A stretch of 64,000 nucleotides of DNA, taken from positions 1 to 64,000 of the IMG/VR virus record IMGVR_UViG_3300035698_014689; one strand, 5' to 3'. Positions 20,601 through 29,900 of the stretch are shown one piece after another; the first letter of the stretch is position 1, and every line of letters starts with the position of its first letter. A model generated the notes under the pieces. The model made no database searches. It was not told the DNA's origin and saw only the letters and a list, made by a program, of their open reading frames with translations. The translations under genes and the position numbers were made by a program. The stretch comes from a virus.

Positions 20601-21266
20601 ACGAATGATTTTACTTATCCCCTCAACAGTGAAATCGTGGGGAATTGAGGCTGGAGTATCTGTATTGCAGACAGTCTTAATTCCCATCAAACCCATCTCT
20701 ATGACACTGTTCGGCAAACCATCTTTTTTAGTCAAACGTAAACCCAAAAAGCATTGCTTATAAAGAGAGTGCATCTCCTTCCAGTCAAAACTCTGCAAAG
20801 AAGAGCAGAGAAACTCTATGTCGGGGTGCTTCGCCATCACAGCTTCACACAAATCAAAACCAAAACTCTTTTTTCTTCTTTCAGACCCGTAATAAATATA
20901 TATCTTATTCCCTTTTTTGACTGGAACAAATGGATCATGTAAAGTGTGAGTGACATGCAATAAAATACTTTCGCTGGTAAACATCTCAAGGCGAGCTTTC
21001 ATCTGATTAGAGATAGCAATATGAAATATGTTTTCTCTTTGAAAAAGACTGGGGTGTTTCTGCGCAACTGCGAGGTCGGAACCCATCCAAACAATCACAA
21101 CGAGTCCTTTATGATCCAACACAAAAGAAACGTCACTACTGTCATAAACTCCGAAACAGACGACAGGGTTGGAACTAGACGTGCAATCTGAAAAGCCAAA
21201 TTTTTTCCTCAGATGTGGCTCAAAGAATCGAACGGAATCACTCACATGAAATTGCGTTATTTTCAT
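17607..21266 (-). CDS. four-domain glycosyltransferase (GT-B-like + GT2-like + GT2 + Maf/DUF115-like) with C-terminal CxxC domain
   Basis: DGLPNSVIEMGLMG; IIYTVFNGEE..ADELY; ITIITPTGDR..WIVVDDG..VEDDDWY; LILSGPS..GVNN..PDLWTCVD..LGFRKIFLVGADF. Confidence 0.85.
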   Translation of the reverse strand: MKITQFHVSDSVRFFEPHLRKKFGFSDCTSSSNPVVCFGVYDSSDVSFVLDHKGLVVIVWMGSDLAVAQKHPSLFQRENIFHIAISNQMKARLEMFTSESILLHVTHTLHDPFVPVKKGNKIYIYYGSERRKKSFGFDLCEAVMAKHPDIEFLCSSLQSFDWKEMHSLYKQCFLGLRLTKKDGLPNSVIEMGLMGIKTVCNTDTPASIPHDFTVEGISKIIREEQKKIGMIDNAVSDEMRSFFDIGEDWLHTSFYEGKKMRLGIIYTVFNGEENLPLSITSVRENADHILVLYQEKSFVGNPCTERLLPLLRGLKKEGRIDSMLKYTPTKACAKRQEITKANIGLERLRKLGMTHFMLMGADELYEPIQFASAKSLMQKEGFDTSVCRMVTYWKKPYYRLEPKQEYYVPFIQKIRSGVSFDVKYQSSFHIDPSRGLSVEGEVREFQRDELEMHHLSYVRDDISSKILNAPSLRNIKGKTEQLINYFNAWSFPEKPLLAGKGGDAFSVVRVDDITKVKESITIITPTGDRLSAFTLCRTWMSRQTQSFIQWIVVDDGKTPLPEELVQGMNIQYIRREPREDDPKHTLPVNMMEALKHVTGEKVIIVEDDDWYHPEYLQTVAEGLNEFDLYGQKTVPYYSFKGDVPQYKVVGSKSNAAWCQTGFRRSVISDLLRVCGKKSMYVDRLLWNAFEGRKKMFSSKVKYTVGIKNLPDCRKGHTIGHNPRKGWPFDTPDWSVLRSWIGEDVVLYQELFSKFEVEDMPFKSLRKKDSSHPVFIREGVTTPIDFVDSYKDASCFLILSGPSTTEDRASLLNKSKVMKMGVNNSPSVVRPDLWTCVDEPSRFCLSIWKDPTITKFISRGHSKQALWDSIKDEEANIRPKNCPNVLEYYRNKTSVVDQWLDDDKFSWGLTGSTKINDEDRKESYSNLRSVMMVAMKLLVVLGFRKIFLVGADFKMEHEQPYAFDQGKSAGGCRSNNRTYRMLNTFFSLVKEQLDFYNVQVFNCVESSGLTAFDYVDLQEAVTYVEKKTYLSEKERTDGMYLALKKKRQAKRVNASVQASVIKKNAPSKTAGEKRGVVRPALVGLPVNVDPFKGGSYDPTHFPSPAPTPIPPVDRAHRIRTVEKKPLDGVMLWEKQTAVLGVYPELLPAFDDVRKKVEGFQAIGKRCVGCTLRRVATPLYEKFLVAVRKAPERLRGSGIFSMEEVVFVNRKVMKLGDLLDG

Positions 21267-21275
21267 CTCTTTTCC

Positions 21276-21893
21276 TTACTTTAATACTTTCGCACAATGC
21301 TCTTTCGGCAACATCAAATGCGGAAAGAAAGGTGCAACCAATTGCATCGCATCCTCATCTGCTTTCTCCAATCCACCTTTCTCTCCATTCGTGGTCATAT
21401 CAAGCCATGATTGAATGAAAACAGACTCCTTCTTAAAACCTATGATCCGTGGATCAATAGGAACCTTGAAATTATTCACAACTGAATTGACTGAAGGAAA
21501 AATGCTTGCCCATTTTAAAAGCCTTTTATACTTCACGTGATCAGTCAGTAATATATGCTCAGTATTCATAAAAAGCAAACCGGAATCATCAAGCTGTTTC
21601 CAAATAGTGCTAGGGAAACTTTTGAAAATCGTGCCGTTCCGCACAAAAAGAGTCAACTCAAAAGGAGTGTATCTCAAACCTCTGACCAACAGAATCCTCG
21701 GAGAAATACCTGCCGCTTTAATTACCTGACAATCAAGATCGAATCTTTTCTTCAGATCAGCTACGACGAGAAGGTCAATGCCATCCATATACACCTTCAC
21801 TGGTCCATCATAAAATAGCCTCAAAGATTTCAGTGTGTCTTCAAATTCACTCGCTTCGTCAGCCATCACGAACATCAAAATTCCCTTACTCAT
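21276..21893 (-). CDS. GT-A fold (GT8/nucleotide-diphospho-sugar transferase-like) protein, DxD apparently degenerate
   Basis: LKSLR...YTPFELTLFVRNG...FIQSW...DEDAMQL pattern. Confidence 0.55.
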   Translation of the reverse strand: MSKGILMFVMADEASEFEDTLKSLRLFYDGPVKVYMDGIDLLVVADLKKRFDLDCQVIKAAGISPRILLVRGLRYTPFELTLFVRNGTIFKSFPSTIWKQLDDSGLLFMNTEHILLTDHVKYKRLLKWASIFPSVNSVVNNFKVPIDPRIIGFKKESVFIQSWLDMTTNGEKGGLEKADEDAMQLVAPFFPHLMLPKEHCAKVLK

Positions 21894-21907
21894 TCTGTAC
21901 TCCTTTA

Positions 21908-23809
21908 TTAAGTGTAAATCGGCGGATAAGTTCCAGCACAAGCGTCCTTCGGAGACGATACCGTCCAGTCGGAGGTGATCGGCCCCTGTCTACGAACCTT
22001 CAGCACTGATCTTGGATCACCTGTGGCAGGGCTTGAATAATTCTCGATCACAGGACAGACATCATCTCTAAAAACAATAGTCGGCCCTACGACTATACAG
22101 TCATCATGACCCATGATCGTCCCAGTTGCATTCAGTCCACTATAATAATAATAAGACCAATAATAATAACCTCTAACCCACGGCCCGTCAATAGGCTCCA
22201 AACCACGCGGCTCAGGAACAGATGAAAGACATAAACAAGTCGATAAATCGGGCAGAGCATCCACCGCCTCGGAACTTGATCCGTCAGGGGGACAGACATA
22301 ATCCTCGGGACTCCAATCATCATAAGAAGACTCTGAACTGTTGACTGGTATTTCTCCTGACAACTCCTGTGTTCCCTCCCCATTATTATATATGCCAAGA
22401 ACATCTTTAAATGGTAATCTCTTTCCAATAAATCGAACATCATCAAGCTCAATCAAAACAGTGCTATTTGCGGAAAAAATGGCGGATGTTCTCAAGGGCT
22501 CCTGAGTTAAGTCCGTGGGCCAGTCATAAGTCTGATAAAGCTGGGTTATATACTGGCCTAACCACATATCACTAAACGTCCAAAATTCGTCCATGAAATA
22601 AACATCATTAGTCTGCGTGTAACTAGACCAAGGAGTGAGCTTCCTCGCATCGAGATAAACCTCCAAACCATCTTCCTCGGAAACATTCGCCACTACATTA
22701 TAGAATGTGTCGGGATCATAGTCCTGAGGCGTTGACATAAATACCGCTCTTGATCGCATAGAGGGGGAGTAACTAACATTCACAGCCAACTGTCCACCAG
22801 TGATCACGAGCGAGATTTGAAACTGACTTCTGTGATCATGTCGATAGTAATCCGTCCAACGACAATCCATAGCACAGATATACTGAGCATAAGGACGAGT
22901 CTCGCCACTGGGAAAGTCGGGAATCATCGCCCAAGCTGAGACGGAAAAAGCTTTCCCCATTGTCTCATTGAACCGCTGACGCAACTGGACTGCTGGACTT
23001 GCTTGAGAACCTGACAAACGGATAGCACCTGCGATTTTACCCTCAACACCCTCAACATTACCAGTTACAACCGTACCATCTATCCCAAGGTCATTCCCTA
23101 TGACTTCACTGCCTGCAACAGCTGATTCTGAAGGCTGTGAAACACTGCTGTCGAAGTCATCCATTCTATAATGAGCCACAATATCGTCAGCAACAGTCCA
23201 CAACGTGTCCTTAACACACAAATCACCCCACCAGTGCCAAGTGCAAACACCCTCGTCACAATCCTCGTAAATCCACTTATTCGCATCATCCTCATTCTGC
23301 TTCTTTTCACATGTATAAATCAAACTTTCAGCTGTGTAACTCCAAACATCAAAAACAGAATCGTATGTCACATCAGTGTAACACCTAAGCTCCTCCTCAA
23401 ACTCCTGTGATGAGAATGAAGAAACAGGATCATCAGATTCATCTACACTGATTGAATCACCACTACTCAATTCGGGCCAGTCACAAATTCCACATTCAGA
23501 ATAATCTGGCCACGATGAGGGTCGCGCCTCTCCTATGCAATCAGGATAAACGAAAGTCTCACCACTCACCCATGTCCATTGACACGTTCCCGCCTCTACA
23601 TCCAAAGCCGAGAGAGTCCATGTATCTATTCTTGATTCTCGGTCACTTTTCGTACAACCAGCGGCTGTCTTCACAGCAGTCTTAACCTCATCACTCTCAG
23701 AGCAATAAAGTGTTACATGCCATACTGGATGACTCAACGTCGCATCCGCTAAAGTGCAGTCACCTATCGGAGGCATCGTATCAGGTTGGTCGTTACATTC
23801 ATAAGCCAT
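21908..23809 (-). CDS. Cys/Trp-rich modular virion protein with LamG/concanavalin-like domain
   Basis: N-terminal modules shared with the next two genes; VAHYRMD, GKIAGA, FSVSAW, LEVYLD, LDDVRF LamG motifs. Confidence 0.7.
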   Translation of the reverse strand: MAYECNDQPDTMPPIGDCTLADATLSHPVWHVTLYCSESDEVKTAVKTAAGCTKSDRESRIDTWTLSALDVEAGTCQWTWVSGETFVYPDCIGEARPSSWPDYSECGICDWPELSSGDSISVDESDDPVSSFSSQEFEEELRCYTDVTYDSVFDVWSYTAESLIYTCEKKQNEDDANKWIYEDCDEGVCTWHWWGDLCVKDTLWTVADDIVAHYRMDDFDSSVSQPSESAVAGSEVIGNDLGIDGTVVTGNVEGVEGKIAGAIRLSGSQASPAVQLRQRFNETMGKAFSVSAWAMIPDFPSGETRPYAQYICAMDCRWTDYYRHDHRSQFQISLVITGGQLAVNVSYSPSMRSRAVFMSTPQDYDPDTFYNVVANVSEEDGLEVYLDARKLTPWSSYTQTNDVYFMDEFWTFSDMWLGQYITQLYQTYDWPTDLTQEPLRTSAIFSANSTVLIELDDVRFIGKRLPFKDVLGIYNNGEGTQELSGEIPVNSSESSYDDWSPEDYVCPPDGSSSEAVDALPDLSTCLCLSSVPEPRGLEPIDGPWVRGYYYWSYYYYSGLNATGTIMGHDDCIVVGPTIVFRDDVCPVIENYSSPATGDPRSVLKVRRQGPITSDWTVSSPKDACAGTYPPIYT

Positions 23810-23820
23810 TTTATTTTCCT

Positions 23821-24738
23821 TTATTCACAACAACACATCGCCACATAATAACCGCCATCATATATCACATAATGCGACTGAGAACAGGCCCCTGTATAAC
23901 CATACCAAGGGGGAAATACAGTAGCGCAATAATTATCACAATCAGCGGCTCCAGCGGCATCCGCTTCAGCATAAGTATCATAACCAGCATAAAGTTCGGG
24001 AGAACAACCAGCTGTGCAAGCAGTGGGAGGCTCCGGTTCTGAACTCGGTGGCGGATCAGAACTCGGTGGTGGATCAGAACTCGGTGGTGGATCAGAACTT
24101 GGTGGTGGTGGTGCTGAACCACTTGAATCATCTGAATCAGAAGGTTCTATACACTCGTCGCCCCACCAGTGCCAATTACATACTCCGCCCGTCTCACCAT
24201 CATAAATCCACTCATGCAGAGGTTCATTGAGATACCCTCCCGACTTATTCACACACGTCATCGTCAGGTTAGCCGGATTATCTTTCTTCCATTGATTGAA
24301 AGTCGCATCAAACCACTGCTCCGTATAACAACGCATATCCTCATACGCGTCCGTCTCCTCCTCTCCCGACGAATAGTCATCACTGCCGTCCGACAACAGA
24401 ATTGAATCACTTGAGTCAACGCAAGTGCATTGCGAATAATCGGGCGTTGACGTCGGACTATCGTTTCCAAGGCATTCAGGCCATTGATACTCCTGCGAGC
24501 AGACCCATCTCCACACACACGTCGTATCATCGTCTAGGATCAACTCCCACACGTCGTAATCGTAATTCGAGTAAGTTGTACAAGTGGAACTCGTTTTGAC
24601 CGCCACATCCGCTCCACAGAGCAATGTCACCTTCCAAACAGGATGACGCATCGTCGGATCAGCGGACGGACAAACCCCTGTGTCGGGATATGCCGAAGGT
24701 GTCTCCGCATTACAAACTTTTCCTGTACAATCAGCCAT
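23821..24738 (-). CDS. Cys/Trp-rich modular protein with Pro/Ser repeat
   Basis: HPVWKVTLLC; CYTEQWFD; WIYDG..GVCNWHWWGDEC; PPPSSD repeats. Confidence 0.7.
   Translation of the reverse strand: MADCTGKVCNAETPSAYPDTGVCPSADPTMRHPVWKVTLLCGADVAVKTSSTCTTYSNYDYDVWELILDDDTTCVWRWVCSQEYQWPECLGNDSPTSTPDYSQCTCVDSSDSILLSDGSDDYSSGEEETDAYEDMRCYTEQWFDATFNQWKKDNPANLTMTCVNKSGGYLNEPLHEWIYDGETGGVCNWHWWGDECIEPSDSDDSSGSAPPPPSSDPPPSSDPPPSSDPPPSSEPEPPTACTAGCSPELYAGYDTYAEADAAGAADCDNYCATVFPPWYGYTGACSQSHYVIYDGGYYVAMCCCE
24041..24112. repeat. 18-bp tandem repeat x4 encoding PPPSSD
   Basis: GAACTCGGTGG(C/T)GGATCA units, last one degenerate. Confidence 0.9.
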
Positions 24739-24756
24739 CTTCTTTTCCCCTTTTTC

Positions 24757-25605
24757 CTAGAACATACAATCGTCGTCTTGACAGAGAGTATGCGTCGCAT
24801 AAGGACCACTAATAATCTCTCTGACAGTGTGGATCATACACAACCCTGTGCCGGGGTTAAACATTGAGCAGAAGCAAGGGTCTTCGCCTTCAGTGAAATA
24901 AATGCAGAACGTATCCAAACCAACCAGATCGCCAGCAGTAGGATCGGTGTAGCCTGGAACATAACTCCAAACCTTGCAACAGTACCAGCCAGCTTCAAGG
25001 GGCTCGGAACTACTTACGTCTACACATTCATCACTCCACCTATGCCAGTAACAAATCCCGCTAGAACTATTATCTCCATCATAAATCCAAACATTCAAAG
25101 CCTCAGCTTTCGTCCTCACTCTACATGACCAAGTCAACTTATCCAAACTAGACTTACTCCATTGATCAAATATCGCATCATAATTAAGAGTCGTATAACA
25201 ATTACATTCTTGTTCCTCAGAGGGAATATCAGAAGGGGGCGGTTCAGGAGAATCGGACGGAGGCACAGATATCGATGTCTCACAATCACAATCAATAGGG
25301 AATTCGGGAGGTGTCTTCAAACCACCTCCCCCTTCACAGTCCTCCCCAGCTTGACAACCAAGAGAACCATCCCCGCAGGTTATCAACTCATATAAACATA
25401 AAACACTCGTCTGTGATTTCAAATACCAAGGGACTTCAGTACAAGCGGAAACACATTGAGAACTTACGGCTGAAACCGTTCCCCATGTGCCAGCAACGCA
25501 ATCATACGTAACCTGATAAGTCCACATGCAGTAACGCACCTCGGACTCACTTGTTCCGCCACTCGACTCACAACAGTCACACTGATTTTTAATTTGTAAT
25601 GCCAT
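24757..25605 (-). CDS. Cys/Trp-rich modular protein
   Basis: CYTTLNYDAIFDQW; WIYDGD..GICYWHRWSDEC shared with the two downstream paralogs. Confidence 0.7.
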   Translation of the reverse strand: MALQIKNQCDCCESSGGTSESEVRYCMWTYQVTYDCVAGTWGTVSAVSSQCVSACTEVPWYLKSQTSVLCLYELITCGDGSLGCQAGEDCEGGGGLKTPPEFPIDCDCETSISVPPSDSPEPPPSDIPSEEQECNCYTTLNYDAIFDQWSKSSLDKLTWSCRVRTKAEALNVWIYDGDNSSSGICYWHRWSDECVDVSSSEPLEAGWYCCKVWSYVPGYTDPTAGDLVGLDTFCIYFTEGEDPCFCSMFNPGTGLCMIHTVREIISGPYATHTLCQDDDCMF

Positions 25606-25612
25606 TCCATAC

Positions 25613-26623
25613 CTATCCTACAAAAGCGATACCATTTCTAAACTTAAGCGTCAACGCCTCTATTAAATAACAGCCATCAACCTCCCCAGTGATAACGGCA
25701 AAATCCCACGTGCCAGTCAATCTATCACCAACCTGTTGATCAGAGCCTCCCGAACCCCCTCCCGAACCCCCTCCTGAACCTCCTGAACCACCCGAATCCT
25801 CATCCAGTCCATCAACTGTGACATCAATCGTGGTAACGCACTCTACGCCCACGTCTATTTCGTGAACATATTCAATCGTATATGTGCCTTTTTCAGTGTC
25901 GGGGCCTATGGAATAAGACGTGCCAAGTTGATTCGTCGTGGAGTCTAACGAGAACGGCCCTGCGGGATTTCCCGAGGCCATCCTCCAAAAAACCGTATTC
26001 ACTGGTGAGCATTCAGTATCATAAGAAGGGGCGGCGATCAACGAACCCCCTACATCAGTGTCCCTATTCACGGACTGCGCTCCTGACAAAGCGACTATCA
26101 CTGAAACACAAGAAGTGCAGGCAGGTGAGGGGCCTCCACTCTGATCCGTATAAGAAAAACTTGTTTCCTGAAAACTACTCCCACTTGGCTCATCACTAGA
26201 CTCCTCAGTCTCAGGCAAACCAACACCACCCGAAGGAATATACAACTTGAACGTCCATGCTTCGGAAGCTTCAGATGCGCATCCGTCATCACTATAAGCG
26301 ATCACCCGCCAATAATGGGCTGTATCAAGAAAAAGATCTTCCCCATATTCAAAAGTTTTCGCTAAAGTCTCAGAGGATAAAATCTTATAACCCTTGGTCT
26401 GCGTTCCTCTGAAATCCGAAGACAGTCCAAATTGCAAAACATAAAAATCCGCATCAACTACAGCTTGCCATTTTACAGTAACATCATTTCCTGAATAAGC
26501 TACGACAGTCTCAGCTTGATCCAACGGAGACAAAAGAAGTGGCGTTGCGAGAATGCAGTTACTAAATAACGTCTCATCCTCAATTAAAACAATCGTATCA
26601 TTTATCAGCAATTCAGTGCTCAT
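25613..26623 (-). CDS. minor tail protein with FN3/Ig-like domains and Gly-Ser linker
   Basis: P.LLSP...VKWQAV..Y.LQ...HYWRVIA FN3-like pattern; GGSGG repeats at 25746-25797. Confidence 0.65.
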   Translation of the reverse strand: MSTELLINDTIVLIEDETLFSNCILATPLLLSPLDQAETVVAYSGNDVTVKWQAVVDADFYVLQFGLSSDFRGTQTKGYKILSSETLAKTFEYGEDLFLDTAHYWRVIAYSDDGCASEASEAWTFKLYIPSGGVGLPETEESSDEPSGSSFQETSFSYTDQSGGPSPACTSCVSVIVALSGAQSVNRDTDVGGSLIAAPSYDTECSPVNTVFWRMASGNPAGPFSLDSTTNQLGTSYSIGPDTEKGTYTIEYVHEIDVGVECVTTIDVTVDGLDEDSGGSGGSGGGSGGGSGGSDQQVGDRLTGTWDFAVITGEVDGCYLIEALTLKFRNGIAFVG

Positions 26624-26994
26624 ACAGCCGTACCCCAGCTAGACGTTGAAATTATCTGAAAAGAACCCGACACATCGAAAAGACCAGCGGCATACGCCTT
26701 CGGAGAGTCAAAGATCAAGAATTTTACCGTGTGTGCGTCTCCCCAGTAGCCTGTGAACGATAAGTCGGGACTAAGGGGATCATTGAACAGTGTCAGGAGT
26801 TCAACGTATTCAGCCCTCGTAGCGGCTTGAATATCCCACCCTATCGAAGAGTCACCCGCCACAATCGTGGGAGCAGTGTGTATTCTGATCCCTCCAGCAG
26901 TCTGAACAACCTTCTTTCTTTTGGAAGGAACAGCGGGCTTATAAGAAAACTGACAGGGCAGTGTCACCGAACCAATATGCGCTTGTAACATCAA
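26620..26994 (-). CDS. distal tail (Dit-like) protein
   Basis: Size and position immediately after the tape measure gene. Confidence 0.55.
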   Translation of the reverse strand: MMLQAHIGSVTLPCQFSYKPAVPSKRKKVVQTAGGIRIHTAPTIVAGDSSIGWDIQAATRAEYVELLTLFNDPLSPDLSFTGYWGDAHTVKFLIFDSPKAYAAGLFDVSGSFQIISTSSWGTAV

Positions 26995-29900
26995 ATACCT
27001 CCGTTAAATGCTTTCTTCTCAAACTCGTTTTGAATAACCCGTTTCAACTCCTCAACGTCCACATTATTATTCACGTTCATATCCAGTTTACGATTATCGT
27101 TTAGATTTCTCACACCCTGAGAACCATGTCCACCTATTCCCCCAACATTAGACGAGGCCAAACGATCCACAGGACTTGAACCCGCTCCAAGCAGTTTGGA
27201 GAGTTGTGACGAGGGTGACTGCGGGAGAACGTACTCCCCAGCATGAAGCAGATAATCCTGTGTCTTATCAATAAATCCGCCAATAGCTTTCGAACGCTTC
27301 TTCTCCTTTGAAGCAGAATCCACGGAACTCTTCAACTCAGTGGCTTTCAGCATCAAAGCCTCTATCCTAGCCATTGCCTGAGTGACGAATGCTTCGACGG
27401 CTCCCCAACCAGTCTGTAATCCCGTCAGCAAAGCGTTCATCATGGAGATACCAGCCTCGGTCATCTTCGGAACCTGAGACATCACGACCTCTTGTATTTT
27501 AACAACAGTTTCCTGCACGCCAATCTCAGTCTCTGCGGAAGCTGTTTTAATTCCTTCCATGTCAACCTGAGTCTCTTCCTTCTGAACCTCAACCTTCGCC
27601 TTAATCTCATCTGATTTGGCGGCCAATTCATCCCAGCGTGCCATCTCTTTTTCTGTCATATCCTCTTTCTGAGATAAGTCCTCGAATTCCTTGGCATCCT
27701 CCTTGCTCAATTTCTTGGCAGGAGCATCCTCGGCATCAGGGAGAGCTGTAGGCTTAGAAAGAGTTGAGTCGGCCTCCGTCTTATCATCACCAGTCAATTT
27801 CTTTTTCGCACCGTCGATAAGATCATTTGTAGCCTTCGCTAATTCTTTCATACTGGCTTTCAAGTCATCCTGACGTTTCATCTCCAATTGATGCGCTTTC
27901 TCAGCTCCTGCGAGTTGAGCCTTCAGATCGTTGAGTTTCTTCGTCCTAGCAACCTCGGCCAATCTAGCCAGTTCCTTCTCTGCGGCAACTGCGGCTTTCT
28001 TAGCATCAGGAATAGCCTTACGAGCTTTTTTCTCATCAGACCACATCTTCCTTCGTTCCGCATCAAGGTCACGAAGATCAGACTTATATTTTGCGATCTT
28101 ACGATCCTGTGTTGCCTCCCCTCTGCCATCCTTAGGACGCTTCTTTTGTCCCTCTTCAAACATTCTTCTTTGAATGGCCTGCATTTTCTTTTCTATGGAC
28201 AAACGCTTACGATGTGACTGCGTGGCAACACGTTCATTAGCACTAATCTTTTTGTTGGCTTCGGAAAGAATATCCTGAGTGGCTTTTTTATGTGCGTTAT
28301 CCTGTAAACGAACTACCTCTGAAGCAATCTGTTCACGCAAAGACAAAATCGTAGTCATCAAGTCATGTGTCTTTTGAACGGAGTCCTTAAACTCAGCGGC
28401 ATTATCATTCATCTTTTGTTGATGAAGATCAATCTGCTGTTGATTCTTCTGATCCGCACTTGCTTGGGCCTGTTCTACGTCCGCATCATAATACTCATTG
28501 AGCATGTCGAGTTTCGTCTGCTGTTGAAAAGACAGTCCCTCAGTACCCGAAGCGATGGCATCCAGTTTCCCCTTCTCGGCAATACGCTCATCAGCAGATA
28601 ATCCAACCAACTTCGCACGAACGCTTTCCTGATTCTTCAAGTCACCTAATTGCCGTTTCGTGAGTATCAAGGCTTTCTGCTCCTCATCGGTCAACCATCC
28701 ACGTGCTTTTTTGATGTCATTGAGACGCTGTATCTGAGCATCTAATTGAGCCGTCCCCATACCTCCCACATTCATGCTGAAAAGGGCTTGGAATTGTTTC
28801 AATGTATTCTTCGCTTGACCGCTGACCTTTCCTAGTAGGTCATAAATATATTCGATACCACCAGTCATAACCTTAATAGCAGTTTGAACGACGGGACTAT
28901 TAAAAACGGAAACTAAGACAGCCCCGAATTTAACGAAATACGTCATAACCTTGATCAGGACTTCGATAAGTGAGAGAAGCAGGCCTATCACCATTCCTAA
29001 CGATTTTCCCACGACCGTACCCATCCAACCCATGACACCCTTAATTGAATCTCCGAAAGAGCCAAACTCTCCCCCAGCAAATCCAAGTAACTCACCAAGA
29101 GAAGAGAAAAATTCACCAAGGGCTTGACCAAGACTATTGAAAGAGTTTTTAATCGGGCCCCAAAAGCTAAGAAGCGCCTGCCAAAAGTTCTTGAAATATC
29201 CAGTAGCGGCTTCTACTCCAAATTCTATCACTCCCCACACGACACTTAGAACACTGGCAAAAGCTCGAAAACCTTCCTCAACAACAGACATCCCACTTGT
29301 CAAACCACTAAAGTCCAACTCCCCAAACATCTGCTGAACCTCGGCAATCGTTTTAACGATGGTATTGAAAATCCGCATGACGATAGGGCCAATAGCAGAC
29401 CACACGATCTCTATACCTGTTTTAATCACATCAACGAGACCGCCGATCAATCCGATAACCATTGCGATCCCGCCTTGAACGACACTCACCACAATTTTCC
29501 ATAACTGCTGAATTCTCAGGAGAAACTCTTTCCCAGTATCGGTGGCGAACATCTTTTTCAATGTTGCGATGATTGTGTCAGCAACAGAGACAACACCAGC
29601 GGCTAATGCTTTGAATATGCCTATCACACCGCCTATCATGCTCTTTATTCCGTTCATCAGTTCCATTTGTTTCATAAAGCCTAAAATCGCTTTGTGCGAC
29701 TTTATAATAACAGTGGCGAAAACAGCGAACGCCGCTCCGATAGCGACAACGACCGCAATAATAGGAGCCAAAGATGCAAGGCTAACACTTCCGACTGCCG
29801 CTAAGATACCTCCAACGAAAGAGATCGCACCAGCAACGGCAGTGAGCAGAAAAGAGACCAGTATCAAAGAGCCTCCGATACCCGCCAAAGCAGTTCCCAC

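Noticed and set aside
24041-24112. Tandem repeat as a CRISPR array
   Set aside because: 18-bp units with no spacers, in frame within a CDS encoding PPPSSD; no cas genes seen
21908-25605. Diversity-generating retroelement acting on the variable C-termini
   Set aside because: No reverse transcriptase and no near-identical TR/VR pair differing at adenines seen in the window
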